64,000 bases of DNA from Nitrospirota bacterium (GTDB taxonomy: Bacteria; Nitrospirota; Thermodesulfovibrionia; Thermodesulfovibrionales; Dissulfurispiraceae): NCBI GenBank assembly GCA_040758355.1, contig JBFLWF010000005.1, positions 54,907-118,906 of the forward strand, read 5' to 3'. The notes under the pieces were generated by a model that made no database searches, had not been told where the DNA came from, and saw only the letters and a program-made list of their open reading frames with translations. Position 1 is the stretch's first letter, and each line of letters begins with the position of its first letter. Position numbers and translations under genes: made by a program. Positions 10,262 to 19,862 of this stretch are shown piece after piece.

Positions 10262-11050
10262 TTATCTCCTCAATGCAGCAGCGGTCTGAAGCATCTCATC
10301 CGATGCCTGAACAGCCTTTGAATTAAGGTCATACGCCCTCTGAGCGATTATGAGATTTGCCAGCTCTTCCACGACATTAACATTGGACATCTCAAGGAAG
10401 CCCTGATTCAGGTTGCCCCGCCCCTCTGTCCCCGGTGTTCCGGTTGCGGCCTCCCCGGAGGCATCCGTGGAGAGGAACAGGTTTTTGCCAATTGCCTGAA
10501 GTCCGGCGGGATTTATGAATCTTGCTGTCTCGATAGTGCCAATCTCAACAGGCGTGGTACTGCCAGCCTGCAGCACGGTGACGCGTCCATCGGAGGCTAT
10601 GGTGATTTTGGTTGTATCTGAAGGGATGGTAATTGCCGGTTCAAGGGGATAGCCGTCTGAAGTCACAATCCTTCCGTCCCTGTCAAGCTTAAACGCCCCA
10701 GCCCTCGTGTAAGCTATAGTTCCATCAGGCCTCGTAACCTGGAAAAAGCCGTCTCCTTCTATAACGAGGTCAAGGTCGTTGCCGGTATTGATGAAATCTC
10801 CCTGCGTGAAAAGCTTTTGCACAGCAACGGGCTTGACGCCAAGACCGATCTGTATTCCTGTCGGCAACTGGACACCTTCTCCTGATGGCGCACCCGGGGC
10901 CTTTATTGTCTGATAAACCAGATCCTGAAAATCGGCCCTACCCCTCTTATAACCAACAGTATTTACATTTGCAAGGTTATTCGATATAACATCCACATTA
11001 AGAGATTGTGCATGCATGCCTGTTGCTGCTGTAAAGAGCGACCTGATCAT
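10262..11050 (-). CDS. flgG: Distal rod protein FlgG
   Basis: [34 protein letters not shown]. Confidence 0.97.
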   Translation of the reverse strand: MIRSLFTAATGMHAQSLNVDVISNNLANVNTVGYKRGRADFQDLVYQTIKAPGAPSGEGVQLPTGIQIGLGVKPVAVQKLFTQGDFINTGNDLDLVIEGDGFFQVTRPDGTIAYTRAGAFKLDRDGRIVTSDGYPLEPAITIPSDTTKITIASDGRVTVLQAGSTTPVEIGTIETARFINPAGLQAIGKNLFLSTDASGEAATGTPGTEGRGNLNQGFLEMSNVNVVEELANLIIAQRAYDLNSKAVQASDEMLQTAAALRR

Positions 11051-11063
11051 TCCATATACCTCC

Positions 11064-11798
11064 TTATACTTTTGCTATCTCAGAAACAACCCTCTGCGAA
11101 AGGTCATCAAAGTTTTTAATGACCTTCTGGGCTGTTTCGTACTGTCTTAATGCAGTTATTATGCCAACCATCTCCTGTATTGGATTAACATTGGACATCT
11201 CAAGGCTGCCCTGCAGTATCTCGCCCTTGGAAGCACCCGTTTCATTCCCTGAAAATAATGAATCTCCAACATGCTGTATATTATTCAGATTTACGAGCTT
11301 AAGTTTGCTTAAGACATTGCCGTTTACATAAATATTCCCGTCAGAAGCTATATTTATATTGGCTATGCTTATATTTTCCCCCTCTATCCTGACAGGTTTA
11401 TTTGCAGTATCGAGCACCCTCTGTCCGCTTCCGGTAACCAGGAATCCATCTTTATTCATGCTGAAAGAGCCGTTTCTGGTGTAATAGGTCTTGCCTTTGC
11501 TTTCAACTGCAAAGAAGCCATCTCCCTTTACAGCAAGGTCAAGGGGGTTTCCCGTGGTCCTTATATTTCCCTCCGATGTATCGATATGATACGCACCATA
11601 ATAAGTCATTGCCCTTGCATCTGGATAAATCGAGTCCTGTCTTTGAGAAGTGCCTTCCAGCAATGGATAAAGGCGTGAGGAGAATGAGGTCTTCTTGTAC
11701 CCTGCGGTGCTGGCATTCGCCAAATTATTGGCGACACTGTCCAGTTCTTGACTTCTCAGCACCGCCCCTGTCATTGCAATGTATGTGCCTTTGTACAT
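11064..11798 (-). CDS. flgF: Rod protein FlgF
   Basis: [35 protein letters not shown]; precedes flgG. Confidence 0.9.
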   Translation of the reverse strand: MYKGTYIAMTGAVLRSQELDSVANNLANASTAGYKKTSFSSRLYPLLEGTSQRQDSIYPDARAMTYYGAYHIDTSEGNIRTTGNPLDLAVKGDGFFAVESKGKTYYTRNGSFSMNKDGFLVTGSGQRVLDTANKPVRIEGENISIANINIASDGNIYVNGNVLSKLKLVNLNNIQHVGDSLFSGNETGASKGEILQGSLEMSNVNPIQEMVGIITALRQYETAQKVIKNFDDLSQRVVSEIAKV

Positions 11799-11835
11799 TC
11801 AGCCTTCCCTGTTTTTAGACTTAATTAAGATATTA

Positions 11836-11851
11836 AGCAATATTAATGCCA
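11836..11851 (-). promoter_or_regulatory. Sigma54 -24/-12 promoter of the flgF operon
   Basis: TGGCAT-TAATA-TTGCT on the minus strand. Confidence 0.85.
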
Positions 11852-11853
11852 GA

Positions 11854-11963
11854 TTAGCTGATAGCTGATGGCTGATAGCTCATAGCGGGAAAACTACAAC
11901 TAAAAGCCCATGAAATATCAATGTGACTTTAACTATGAGCCATGAGCTATGAACTATGAGCTA
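11854..11963. repeat. Inverted heptamer arrays (ATAGCTG versus ATGAGCT) just upstream of the flgF sigma54 promoter
   Basis: ttagctg atagctg atggctg atagctc atagc...actatgagccatgagctatgaactatgagcta. Confidence 0.75.
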
Positions 11964-11970
11964 CTTCGGT

Positions 11971-12005
11971 GGGAAATTTTTTCCTGCGGTAGGAAAATTA
12001 TACCT
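11971..12005. promoter_or_regulatory. Tandem GGAA-N5-TTCC-like boxes; candidate activator site
   Basis: GGGAAATTTTTTCCT and AGGAAAATTATACCT; the same motif occurs upstream of the fliK promoter. Confidence 0.45.
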
Positions 12006-12180
12006 CTATATCTATGCCCTCTTTTGTCTCTTCTTTGGTCTTTTTGGGAAGCTCTTTTTCTTCTTTGGTTGTTTTTTTAGCCTGTCTCACGACTCTTGTT
12101 TTAGGAAAGACATGGGCGACCCCTATGCTCCGTATGCCCGAGATCCTGTAAGGTTCTCTTATGCCTTCATCTCTTGCCAT
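11998..12180 (-). CDS. Small (60 aa) hypothetical protein behind a sigma28 promoter
   Basis: ATG at 12180, immediately downstream of a near-consensus sigma28 promoter; Lys/Glu-rich, ends in EGIDIEV. Confidence 0.6.
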   Translation of the reverse strand: MARDEGIREPYRISGIRSIGVAHVFPKTRVVRQAKKTTKEEKELPKKTKEETKEGIDIEV

Positions 12181-12190
12181 CTTGCCTTTT

Positions 12191-12217
12191 TTATCGGGCA
12201 AAAAATAAAATTCTTTA
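12191..12217 (-). promoter_or_regulatory. Sigma28 (FliA) promoter
   Basis: TAAA-GAATTTTATTTTTTG(15 nt)-CCCGATAA. Confidence 0.8.
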
Positions 12218-12222
12218 AGAAA

Positions 12223-12297
12223 CAAGTCATTAAGTCAATGAGTAATTGAGTCATTGAGAATTTTTAATAGCTTATTGACTTATTTACTTAATGACTT
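12223..12297. repeat. Inverted 8-nt tandem arrays after the HDOD gene; possible terminator-like hairpin
   Basis: aagtcattaagtcaatgagtaattgagtcattgag...cttattgacttatttacttaatgactt. Confidence 0.7.
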
Positions 12298-12299
12298 TT

Positions 12300-13142
12300 T
12301 TACTCCAGAAGCTGGGCCTTTTGTTCGGTGTATGCCTTCTTTATCTTTTCCTGCAATTCATTGAATTTTTCTTCTGACATGCCGAGGTGCTCCAGTTCGA
12401 TTTTCGAAACATCAACAGGGCGTCTCAAACCAATGCCCATGTTCAGGCAGACTGCATCCGCTATCCTGATGATCTCGCAGAATGTCTCAAAATTGCTGTC
12501 TTCAAAGGTAGGAAATGTTTCGGCATGATGATATTCTATAACAATCTCGAGATTTTTAGGCAGTTTCCATTTACGTGCGATGAGGCCACCCACATTGCAG
12601 TGGTTAAACCCGAGCATCTCGTCCTCGACCTCTATAAAAGGCAGTCCTTCTTCATAGACCTTCTCAATAACCACAGAGTATTGCTCCGGCAGGCTGTTGT
12701 TAAGAACTGTTTTTCCAACATCATGGATCAGCCCTGCAACAAGTGCCTCCTCTGATTGTACCAGCTTTGTCTCCATGGCGATGATGGATGCTGCAATGGA
12801 AACCCCGAGGCTGTGCTCCCAGAGCCTCTGTTCAAAAAGACCGAACTTCCTGTGAATATCCTTCAATGATGCAGCAACCACAAGATTTTTCATGGTGTTA
12901 AAGCCAATAAGAATTATAGCCGTAGATATCGTGTCTATGCTCCTGCCGCGGCCGTAATATGGAGAATTGGCAATCCTGAGAAGCCTTGTGGAAAATGACT
13001 GGTCCCTGGAAATAATCTTTTCGAGCTCGTTTATGGACGAGTAGTCGTTATTCATCAACTGCAAGACCTTCATTGCCACTGTAGGTAGGCTCGGAATATC
13101 TACGGTCTCTAAAATAATCTTTTCTAACATCTCTTCCTTCAT
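12300..13142 (-). CDS. HDOD domain protein
   Basis: PSLPTVA..LLRIANSPYYG..LWEHSL..GLIHDVGK..KWKLP..YHH. Confidence 0.92.
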   Translation of the reverse strand: MKEEMLEKIILETVDIPSLPTVAMKVLQLMNNDYSSINELEKIISRDQSFSTRLLRIANSPYYGRGRSIDTISTAIILIGFNTMKNLVVAASLKDIHRKFGLFEQRLWEHSLGVSIAASIIAMETKLVQSEEALVAGLIHDVGKTVLNNSLPEQYSVVIEKVYEEGLPFIEVEDEMLGFNHCNVGGLIARKWKLPKNLEIVIEYHHAETFPTFEDSNFETFCEIIRIADAVCLNMGIGLRRPVDVSKIELEHLGMSEEKFNELQEKIKKAYTEQKAQLLE

Positions 13143-13151
13143 TGTTATTCC

Positions 13152-13517
13152 TTAACCGTTTTCGAGCTCCATGAGTATATTTCTAAGCATTTCCAGTTTA
13201 AAGGGCTTGTTTATAACCTTTACGCCCTCTTTTTTTATAAACTCATCAAGCCTTTCATTCAGCACAGCGCCGGTAACAATAATGAATCTCTTTGCAAGTT
13301 CGCTGTTCATCTCCTTGATCCTGTAATAGAGATTATCTCCCGTAGCCCACGGCATCATGTAGTCGCAGAATACCGCCCAGTATTTATTGTTAAGAACAGC
13401 CTCCATGGATTCCTCGCATGACAGAAACACATCGGCCTCGTATCCGATGTTGTTCAGAAAGATCCTGATCAATTCGGCCACATCGGGTTCGTCATCAACC
13501 ACAAGTATCCTCTTCAT
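13152..13517 (-). CDS. Single-domain response regulator
   Basis: ILVVDDE..CDYMMP..TG..KPF. Confidence 0.9.
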   Translation of the reverse strand: MKRILVVDDEPDVAELIRIFLNNIGYEADVFLSCEESMEAVLNNKYWAVFCDYMMPWATGDNLYYRIKEMNSELAKRFIIVTGAVLNERLDEFIKKEGVKVINKPFKLEMLRNILMELENG

Positions 13518-13518
13518 A

Positions 13519-14937
13519 TCATCCCCCGCACCGCTTAAGACTGATTATAACAGATAATCCATTATTCGTCACAAAGTCAATATCCCCGCCGTAATTTCTT
13601 ATCACGGAATAGGCTGTCGAGAGTCCCATTCCAAGGCGGCCGAACTCCTTTGTAGTGAAGAACGGTTCGATAAGCCTGCTGAGGAGTTCCCGTGGCACTC
13701 CGGCGCCGGTATCGCTGATTGTAATTATAACATTATCGTTATGTGCCCGGGATTTGACCGTCAATACCCTTTTATCAGCATCGCTCATGGCCTCTATGGC
13801 ATTGGTTGCAATATTATAAAAAGCCCTGATAACGTCTTCCCGCGCCATTATGGAGGGCTCCGATGCATCGAACTCGGCTACTACAGACACCCCCCTGTTT
13901 TCGATCTCTTTCTGTAAAATGGAGAGGGTATTTTTCAGAGCCTCATTGATGGACACGGGATGAAGCGGCGCACTGTCAACGCCTGCAAAGTCCATGAGTA
14001 TTTTCATCAGTTTACTTATCCTTTCAGTTGCCTCCCTGATCTTCCCGCAGGCCTCTCTAAACCTTTCCTCATCCGAAAAACCTATGTCGGCAGCGAGCTG
14101 AACATAGCCGCTTATTATTGCGAGGGGATTGTTTATCTCGTGGGCAAGGCCCGATATAAGCCTTCCCACAGCAGCCATTTTTTCGGAGTCCTTGATCCTT
14201 TCCTGCATTTCCGCCACATCGGTGATGTCCCTTATATCCTCAATCACGAACTGTATATTACCCTCCTTGTCCCTGAAAGGAGTGTAGACTATATTGTGGA
14301 TATGCCGTCTTCCCTTTATCGAATGGACATGGGTTATGCTTCTTTGGATCCCATCCTTATAAACCTCTTCTAAATAACACACTTCTCCCATTTCATTGCA
14401 GGGTTTGCTATAGGAGTGAACTACCTCCCAGCATTTTTTTCCTACGACCTCGTCGCGGCTCAGCCCTGTATCGTTAAGAAACCTCTCATTGACCTCCACG
14501 ATGGACTTGTTTGGAGATACGATAATCACATAATTCGATATGGAGTCATAGAGCTGCTTGAAATAATTTTTGGCATCGTCCAGTTCCTTTGTAAGCAGAT
14601 TGATGTCTTTAGCCATTCTGTTAAATGCATCATGCACCCTTTGAAAATCCTCGATATCCACATCAGGGACCCTGTAATCGAAATCTCCATTGGAAAACCT
14701 CTCTGCCGCGGTCACCAACTCCTTCAGCGGCTTTTCGGTCTTTGAAGCAAATATGTACGAGACAATAAAAGAGAAGACGATTAAAAGAAGTATAAATCCC
14801 ATGAAAAACAGCTTTAGGCCAAAAGGCTCCATGCCTTTCTCCTGCAGATAAACAGATATAATCGTGAACAGCATTACGGGGAGCACTGCAAGGGAGGCAG
14901 ATACAATAAATAGCCTTGTAAATAGATTTCTCCTCAT
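13519..14937 (-). CDS. Sensor histidine kinase (2 TM, HAMP, Cys-containing PAS, HisKA, HATPase)
   Basis: LAHEINNPL H-box, NAIEA, DTGAG, PFFTTK; start moved to ATG 14937 (ATGA overlap with the upstream stop). Confidence 0.88.
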   Translation of the reverse strand: MRRNLFTRLFIVSASLAVLPVMLFTIISVYLQEKGMEPFGLKLFFMGFILLLIVFSFIVSYIFASKTEKPLKELVTAAERFSNGDFDYRVPDVDIEDFQRVHDAFNRMAKDINLLTKELDDAKNYFKQLYDSISNYVIIVSPNKSIVEVNERFLNDTGLSRDEVVGKKCWEVVHSYSKPCNEMGEVCYLEEVYKDGIQRSITHVHSIKGRRHIHNIVYTPFRDKEGNIQFVIEDIRDITDVAEMQERIKDSEKMAAVGRLISGLAHEINNPLAIISGYVQLAADIGFSDEERFREACGKIREATERISKLMKILMDFAGVDSAPLHPVSINEALKNTLSILQKEIENRGVSVVAEFDASEPSIMAREDVIRAFYNIATNAIEAMSDADKRVLTVKSRAHNDNVIITISDTGAGVPRELLSRLIEPFFTTKEFGRLGMGLSTAYSVIRNYGGDIDFVTNNGLSVIISLKRCGG

Positions 14938-15545
14938 TCCCACCTCATGGAAAATCCCAGCATCAATATCAGAAAGCCCACCGGCCTGATAATATGCCCT
15001 GCCATCCACGGAAACGATCTAACATCCGCAGGAAAGAATAAGAATACAGAACTTACTGCAACAAGAAAAAAGCCGACTGTTATAGCGCCAATATGCTTTT
15101 TTCTGTCCCTGATGTATTCGGACAGATATATTACAGACAGAAGAGATGATAAAAACGCCGTGGGCATCCAGAGTGAAAACCTTGTCTTAAAGAAGTCTGC
15201 CATCATACTGCTTGACAAAAACAGTACGGTCAACAGGACAAAAAATATCGAAGGGATGTATTTTTTAACCCTGCTTTCCTTTCTTACAAATGGAGATGCA
15301 AGTATAGAAGCAAAGCCGGTCAGGTAGCCCATAAGAGAACCGTATAAAAGCCCCTGAACCTCGCCGAAAACGTGACCCATAATATGGATGGCGCTGCTCA
15401 CCGAAAGGATAAAGAACCCTTCTGCGGTCATGAAGGAGAGGCTGTCAGGCGTCTGTCTGTGCCTTTTTGCCATTGCAAACGCAATTATAAAGCAGGCAAT
15501 GCTGACAATGAGCTCTTCTAAGTTGTGGTAGAGATAGCCTTTCAT
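14934..15545 (-). CDS. Integral membrane protein (~6-7 TM), possible stand-alone sensor module
   Basis: Many hydrophobic segments with intramembrane His (YHNLEE, SAIHIMGH, WMAGHIIR); translationally coupled to the kinase. Confidence 0.75.
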   Translation of the reverse strand: MKGYLYHNLEELIVSIACFIIAFAMAKRHRQTPDSLSFMTAEGFFILSVSSAIHIMGHVFGEVQGLLYGSLMGYLTGFASILASPFVRKESRVKKYIPSIFFVLLTVLFLSSSMMADFFKTRFSLWMPTAFLSSLLSVIYLSEYIRDRKKHIGAITVGFFLVAVSSVFLFFPADVRSFPWMAGHIIRPVGFLILMLGFSMRWE

Positions 15546-15559
15546 ATAGGATAATTATA

Positions 15560-16825
15560 TCAGCCCACGAATTGTTTTACAGCAACATACTCTTCGCCTG
15601 CCTTAAGCTGGGCATCGAGCCGCACATCATTGAGATGCCTGAAATATGCTCTTGCCACATCCACGATGCTTTTATCAAGACTATTGTTTTTAGCCATGTC
15701 CTCTATTATTTTTAATGCATCTTCTCCTGACATTCCCTTCCTGTAAGGTCTATCCTCTGTTATAGCAGTGAAGACATCCGCCACTGCCATAATCCGTGAG
15801 CCTATGGGCAACTCGCCTCCTTTTATATGAAACGGATAGCCTTTTCCATCCATCCGTTCATGGTGAAAAGAGGCCCATGTATTTATAATATCAAGCCCTG
15901 ATACTGCCTCGAGTATTCTGTAGGAGTGGTAAACATGACTCTTCATGATATTGAATTCTTCATCAGAAAGCCTTGCGGGTTTTTCGAGTATCTCCGAGGG
16001 GACAGCCAGTTTGCCGATGTCGTGGAGATAACCTGCAACCGACATCATCCTGCACTCTATTTCCGAGAAACCTATCATCTGCGCCAATAATGTTGCTACT
16101 GCACTGACGCCTGCTGAATGGACTGCTGTAAATGGGCTCCTGTAATCGACGACATGACTGAAAAGCTTAGCAATCATTAGAAGGCCTTCCATATCCAATT
16201 CTATATCAGGCAATGCATTTCTATCCGAAATTATCTGGTCAATCTCCGGCGATGCTGCATCAAACCAGAAAGATTCTTTAGCTGACAGATTCTCAAAGAC
16301 TTCTACAAGATCGGGCACAAATATATTATTAGAGCGGGATTTAATTGCATCCACCACTTTTTTCTTTTGACTTAATATCTCCTGTTGTTTATCGATAAGC
16401 ACCTCTACCCTGTCGGCAAGATGAATGATATGGCCGCCAACAGGGATTTCCTCCCCATTAAACCTGCACCCCTCGCCTCCTTCCCACGGGATATGATGGT
16501 AACGGATAAGCTTGGAGATGGCGGGGTACATATCAAAGTCCTTGATAAGCAGATATCCCCTTTCAGCATGCAGGTAAGGGTTTTTAATCTCGAATTCGAG
16601 GGCATCGATCTTTTCATGTTCGGAAAAAACACCAATGTCATGAATTGCCGATGCTAAAAATATATCATTTCTATCCTGCCGTGAGAGCCCTGATTCCTTT
16701 GCTATCTCACTGGCAATTACAGCCACCCTCAGATGATGGTTAGCAACTTTTGGATTAACAAAATCCAGCGCCTTTGAAAAAGAGAGAACAAGATCAGAAA
16801 GTTTAATCCTTATGTTTCCTATCAC
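15560..16825 (-). CDS. HD-GYP phosphodiesterase with tandem HD domains
   Basis: N-terminal HHLRVA/HDIG/YHH; C-terminal [25 protein letters not shown]. Confidence 0.92.
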   Translation of the reverse strand: MIGNIRIKLSDLVLSFSKALDFVNPKVANHHLRVAVIASEIAKESGLSRQDRNDIFLASAIHDIGVFSEHEKIDALEFEIKNPYLHAERGYLLIKDFDMYPAISKLIRYHHIPWEGGEGCRFNGEEIPVGGHIIHLADRVEVLIDKQQEILSQKKKVVDAIKSRSNNIFVPDLVEVFENLSAKESFWFDAASPEIDQIISDRNALPDIELDMEGLLMIAKLFSHVVDYRSPFTAVHSAGVSAVATLLAQMIGFSEIECRMMSVAGYLHDIGKLAVPSEILEKPARLSDEEFNIMKSHVYHSYRILEAVSGLDIINTWASFHHERMDGKGYPFHIKGGELPIGSRIMAVADVFTAITEDRPYRKGMSGEDALKIIEDMAKNNSLDKSIVDVARAYFRHLNDVRLDAQLKAGEEYVAVKQFVG

Positions 16826-18795
16826 GCCTCAGCCTCAAGTCTTGCGAGTATGGAGATAATCTCATCAACAAGTTTTACCGACTCTGCTATGCATGTTTTT
16901 GTTAATTCCCTGTCTCCCCGCCGGGCTGCCTCATAGGCATTAAGACCTAACTCGTGCAATCTCTTGTGAGGAGACTCTATCTCTCTAAAGGCTCCGAGGC
17001 TTCCAAAGAATTCCTTCCCTTCTCCGTAATGCCATTTCCCCATCCTTGATTTATCGGCCTGCAATTCATCCATGTTCATGGATATATCCCGCGCATCGAT
17101 CAAATCCATGATCCTGTAGAGCCATAAGACGTAGTCTGCCTTTGTCACTCCTATTTTCATTTTAGGATCATAAAAACCATCCAGCAATTTAAGAAATTCC
17201 TTTGCATTGACGCCGAATTTATTGAAAGAGGCTGTCATATCTTTCACTGCGTGAGAGCTTTCTTTTGCATTTTCGGCTATGTTTGTCAAGTTGGTCGATA
17301 TCTCTGTTACAGTGGCCGACTGCTCTTCGGTTGCCGTAACAATCTGGTGTACCATGTCGGCAACCCTCTGGAAACTGCTATGTATATCTCCGAAAGACTC
17401 GTCAAGGTGCCGGGCTATAGCAGCAGTGGCCTTTACCTTTTCCACAGCCACATCCATCATGTCGGTTGCGCTTATCGTGCCTGTATGGATGGAGCTTAGG
17501 ATATTATTGATCTCTGCTGTGGCGTTTGTAGTCCTCTGGGCAAGTTTTCTCACCTCGTCGGCCACAACCGCAAAGCCCCTGCCCTGCTCTCCTGCCCTTG
17601 CCGCTTCGATAGCTGCATTCAGGGCAAGGAGATTGGTCTGGTCTGCAATGTCCTTTATCATGACCACGATCTCGTCTATCTTTTTTGAGAATTCGGACAG
17701 GTCTCTGACCTTATCCGAAGCCATTTCTATCTGTGTGTTCACGCCATCTATAGAGGAGACGGTCTCATCAATCATCCCTTTGCCTTTAAGCGATACATTC
17801 ATTGCATTCTCGGCTGCCTGCGATGCAACATTGATGTTTCTTGCTATATCGCCGATTGTGGACGACATCTCCTCTGTTGCGGTTGCAGCAGTGGTTGTAC
17901 GTTCAAGGTCCTTGTCAACCCTATGCGATACATCCTTTCCGTAAAGTGTGAGATTGGTGGCATCCTTGAGGATGTGAGCAGTCTTATTCGCCACGTCCCT
18001 CATAACATGCCGCGTCGCCTTTATTATGCTCGTTACATCATCCGCCACTTTTCCGAACTCATCGCCGGTCTTTGATTCGACCTTGACCGTAAGGTCTCCT
18101 TTGGCAACTTTTTCTGCTGAGGAGCTTATGCCATGAAGGACGCCGATAACATACCTGTTGATGAACCAAAAAGAAAACGCAAAGGCTACGGCAAATATGG
18201 CTACTACAATGACTATTACCGTTGTTATGGTGGTCTTTATTTCCCTGTTTATGGTCCCCATATTCAGGACAAATTGTTTTCTTGAGGACTCTATTATCTC
18301 ATTGGCAATGCCAATAAACGCCTTAGACCTCTCTGCCTGAACAGTCCCGAGAATTTTTAGGGCATCGCTGACCTTGCCGTCCTTTACAAGGGGCACAAGT
18401 TCTTTTGAGATCGTGTCCCTAAAGGGATTCAGCGCCTTTTCCATTCCGCCTATCTTTTCCCTGAATATCCCCTTTTTAAGTTTTGACATGTTCTCATCTA
18501 TAGCTTCCGAGATAGAAGCAATGACGCCTTCCTGGTTTTCCCAGACATCGGGGTCCTTTGCTATTGCCATCCTCAAGAACGCTGCCCTGATTCCATTGAT
18601 GTCCGCCTTGAGCTGGTTTATAAGCTGGATATCGTTGCTCACGGCATTCATGGAATCATAGCGTGACTTGATATTCAGAAAGCTGATGCCTATGATGCCT
18701 ATGATTCCGCATATCAGAACGCTCATGAAGACATAGCCCATCAATACCTTTTTCTTCAGGCTAATGGAAAGCAAACGATTAATCAACCCTCTCAT
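16822..18795 (-). CDS. Methyl-accepting chemotaxis protein with a C-terminal CZB-like domain
   Basis: 2 [41 protein letters not shown]-terminal GKWHYG..HKRLHE. Confidence 0.93.
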   Translation of the reverse strand: MRGLINRLLSISLKKKVLMGYVFMSVLICGIIGIIGISFLNIKSRYDSMNAVSNDIQLINQLKADINGIRAAFLRMAIAKDPDVWENQEGVIASISEAIDENMSKLKKGIFREKIGGMEKALNPFRDTISKELVPLVKDGKVSDALKILGTVQAERSKAFIGIANEIIESSRKQFVLNMGTINREIKTTITTVIVIVVAIFAVAFAFSFWFINRYVIGVLHGISSSAEKVAKGDLTVKVESKTGDEFGKVADDVTSIIKATRHVMRDVANKTAHILKDATNLTLYGKDVSHRVDKDLERTTTAATATEEMSSTIGDIARNINVASQAAENAMNVSLKGKGMIDETVSSIDGVNTQIEMASDKVRDLSEFSKKIDEIVVMIKDIADQTNLLALNAAIEAARAGEQGRGFAVVADEVRKLAQRTTNATAEINNILSSIHTGTISATDMMDVAVEKVKATAAIARHLDESFGDIHSSFQRVADMVHQIVTATEEQSATVTEISTNLTNIAENAKESSHAVKDMTASFNKFGVNAKEFLKLLDGFYDPKMKIGVTKADYVLWLYRIMDLIDARDISMNMDELQADKSRMGKWHYGEGKEFFGSLGAFREIESPHKRLHELGLNAYEAARRGDRELTKTCIAESVKLVDEIISILARLEAEA

Positions 18796-18806
18796 CCTGC
18801 CTCCAT

Positions 18807-19862
18807 CTACACCGCATTTATAATCTCTCCTGCCATCTCCTCTAAAGACAATACCTTATCCGCTATGCCGGCATCCACAACCGCCTTCGGCATTCCATAG
18901 ACAACGCAGGTATCTTCGTTCTGGGCAAATATCCTTCCGCCTGTCTTCTTTAATTCAGTAAGTCCTTTAAGCCCGTCGTTTCCCATGCCGGTAAGTATTA
19001 CTCCCAGCGCCCTGCCTGGAAAAAATTCCGCTACAGAAAACATAAGGGCATCGACAGATGGACGGTAAATAAACTCCTCTTTGCCCTCGGAAATGGTGAT
19101 GACGGTCTCTATTCCCCTTGGTCTCTTCACCCTCATATGGCCCCTGCCGGGCGCTATATATGCAACACCATTTTTTAAAGATTCTCCCTCCTCTGCCTCC
19201 TTCACCGTGATCTGGCTGAGCTGATTCAGCCTCTCGGCAAAGGGGCCGGTAAAGTTTGGAGGCATATGCTGGGCTATGACTATGGGTGTGGGGAAGTCCT
19301 TTGGCAGTTTGGGGATTATCTCCTGAAGCGCCTTAGGCCCGCCGGTAGAAGTCCCTATGGACACCAGGTTTATCCTGCGCTCTCCCGTTGTTCTCACGGG
19401 CATTGATTTGGGAATTTCTATTGCCTTTGGTGCTGTTACCGGCCTGATGCGCCTTTTCACAATGCCTTTCCGGGCAATATGCTTTATTTTGTCAATCAAT
19501 ATCTCTCTTATCTTCACAATATTTATCGAAAGGTCGGAGAGGTTTTTGGGTATAAAGTCCACAGCGCCGAGGTCAAGGGCATCCAGTGTAACCTTTGCTC
19601 CCTCTGTGGTAATGGAGCTTACCATAATTACAGGAACGGGATTCTTCTCCATTATATGCTTCAGTGCAGCGATGCCGTCCATCCTCGGCATTTCAACGTC
19701 CATCGTCACAATATCGGGGTTGAGGCTCGCAACCTTTTCCAGCGCCTCAAGGCCGTCCCTCGCTGTGCCGACAATCTTGATCTCAGGGTCGGATGAAAGC
19801 ATGTTGGACAGCGCATTCCTCATGAATGCCGAATCGTCAACAATTAGAACCTTTACAATCAT
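18807..19862 (-). CDS. cheB: Chemotaxis methylesterase CheB
   Basis: REC domain plus [24 protein letters not shown]. Confidence 0.97.
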   Translation of the reverse strand: MIVKVLIVDDSAFMRNALSNMLSSDPEIKIVGTARDGLEALEKVASLNPDIVTMDVEMPRMDGIAALKHIMEKNPVPVIMVSSITTEGAKVTLDALDLGAVDFIPKNLSDLSINIVKIREILIDKIKHIARKGIVKRRIRPVTAPKAIEIPKSMPVRTTGERRINLVSIGTSTGGPKALQEIIPKLPKDFPTPIVIAQHMPPNFTGPFAERLNQLSQITVKEAEEGESLKNGVAYIAPGRGHMRVKRPRGIETVITISEGKEEFIYRPSVDALMFSVAEFFPGRALGVILTGMGNDGLKGLTELKKTGGRIFAQNEDTCVVYGMPKAVVDAGIADKVLSLEEMAGEIINAV

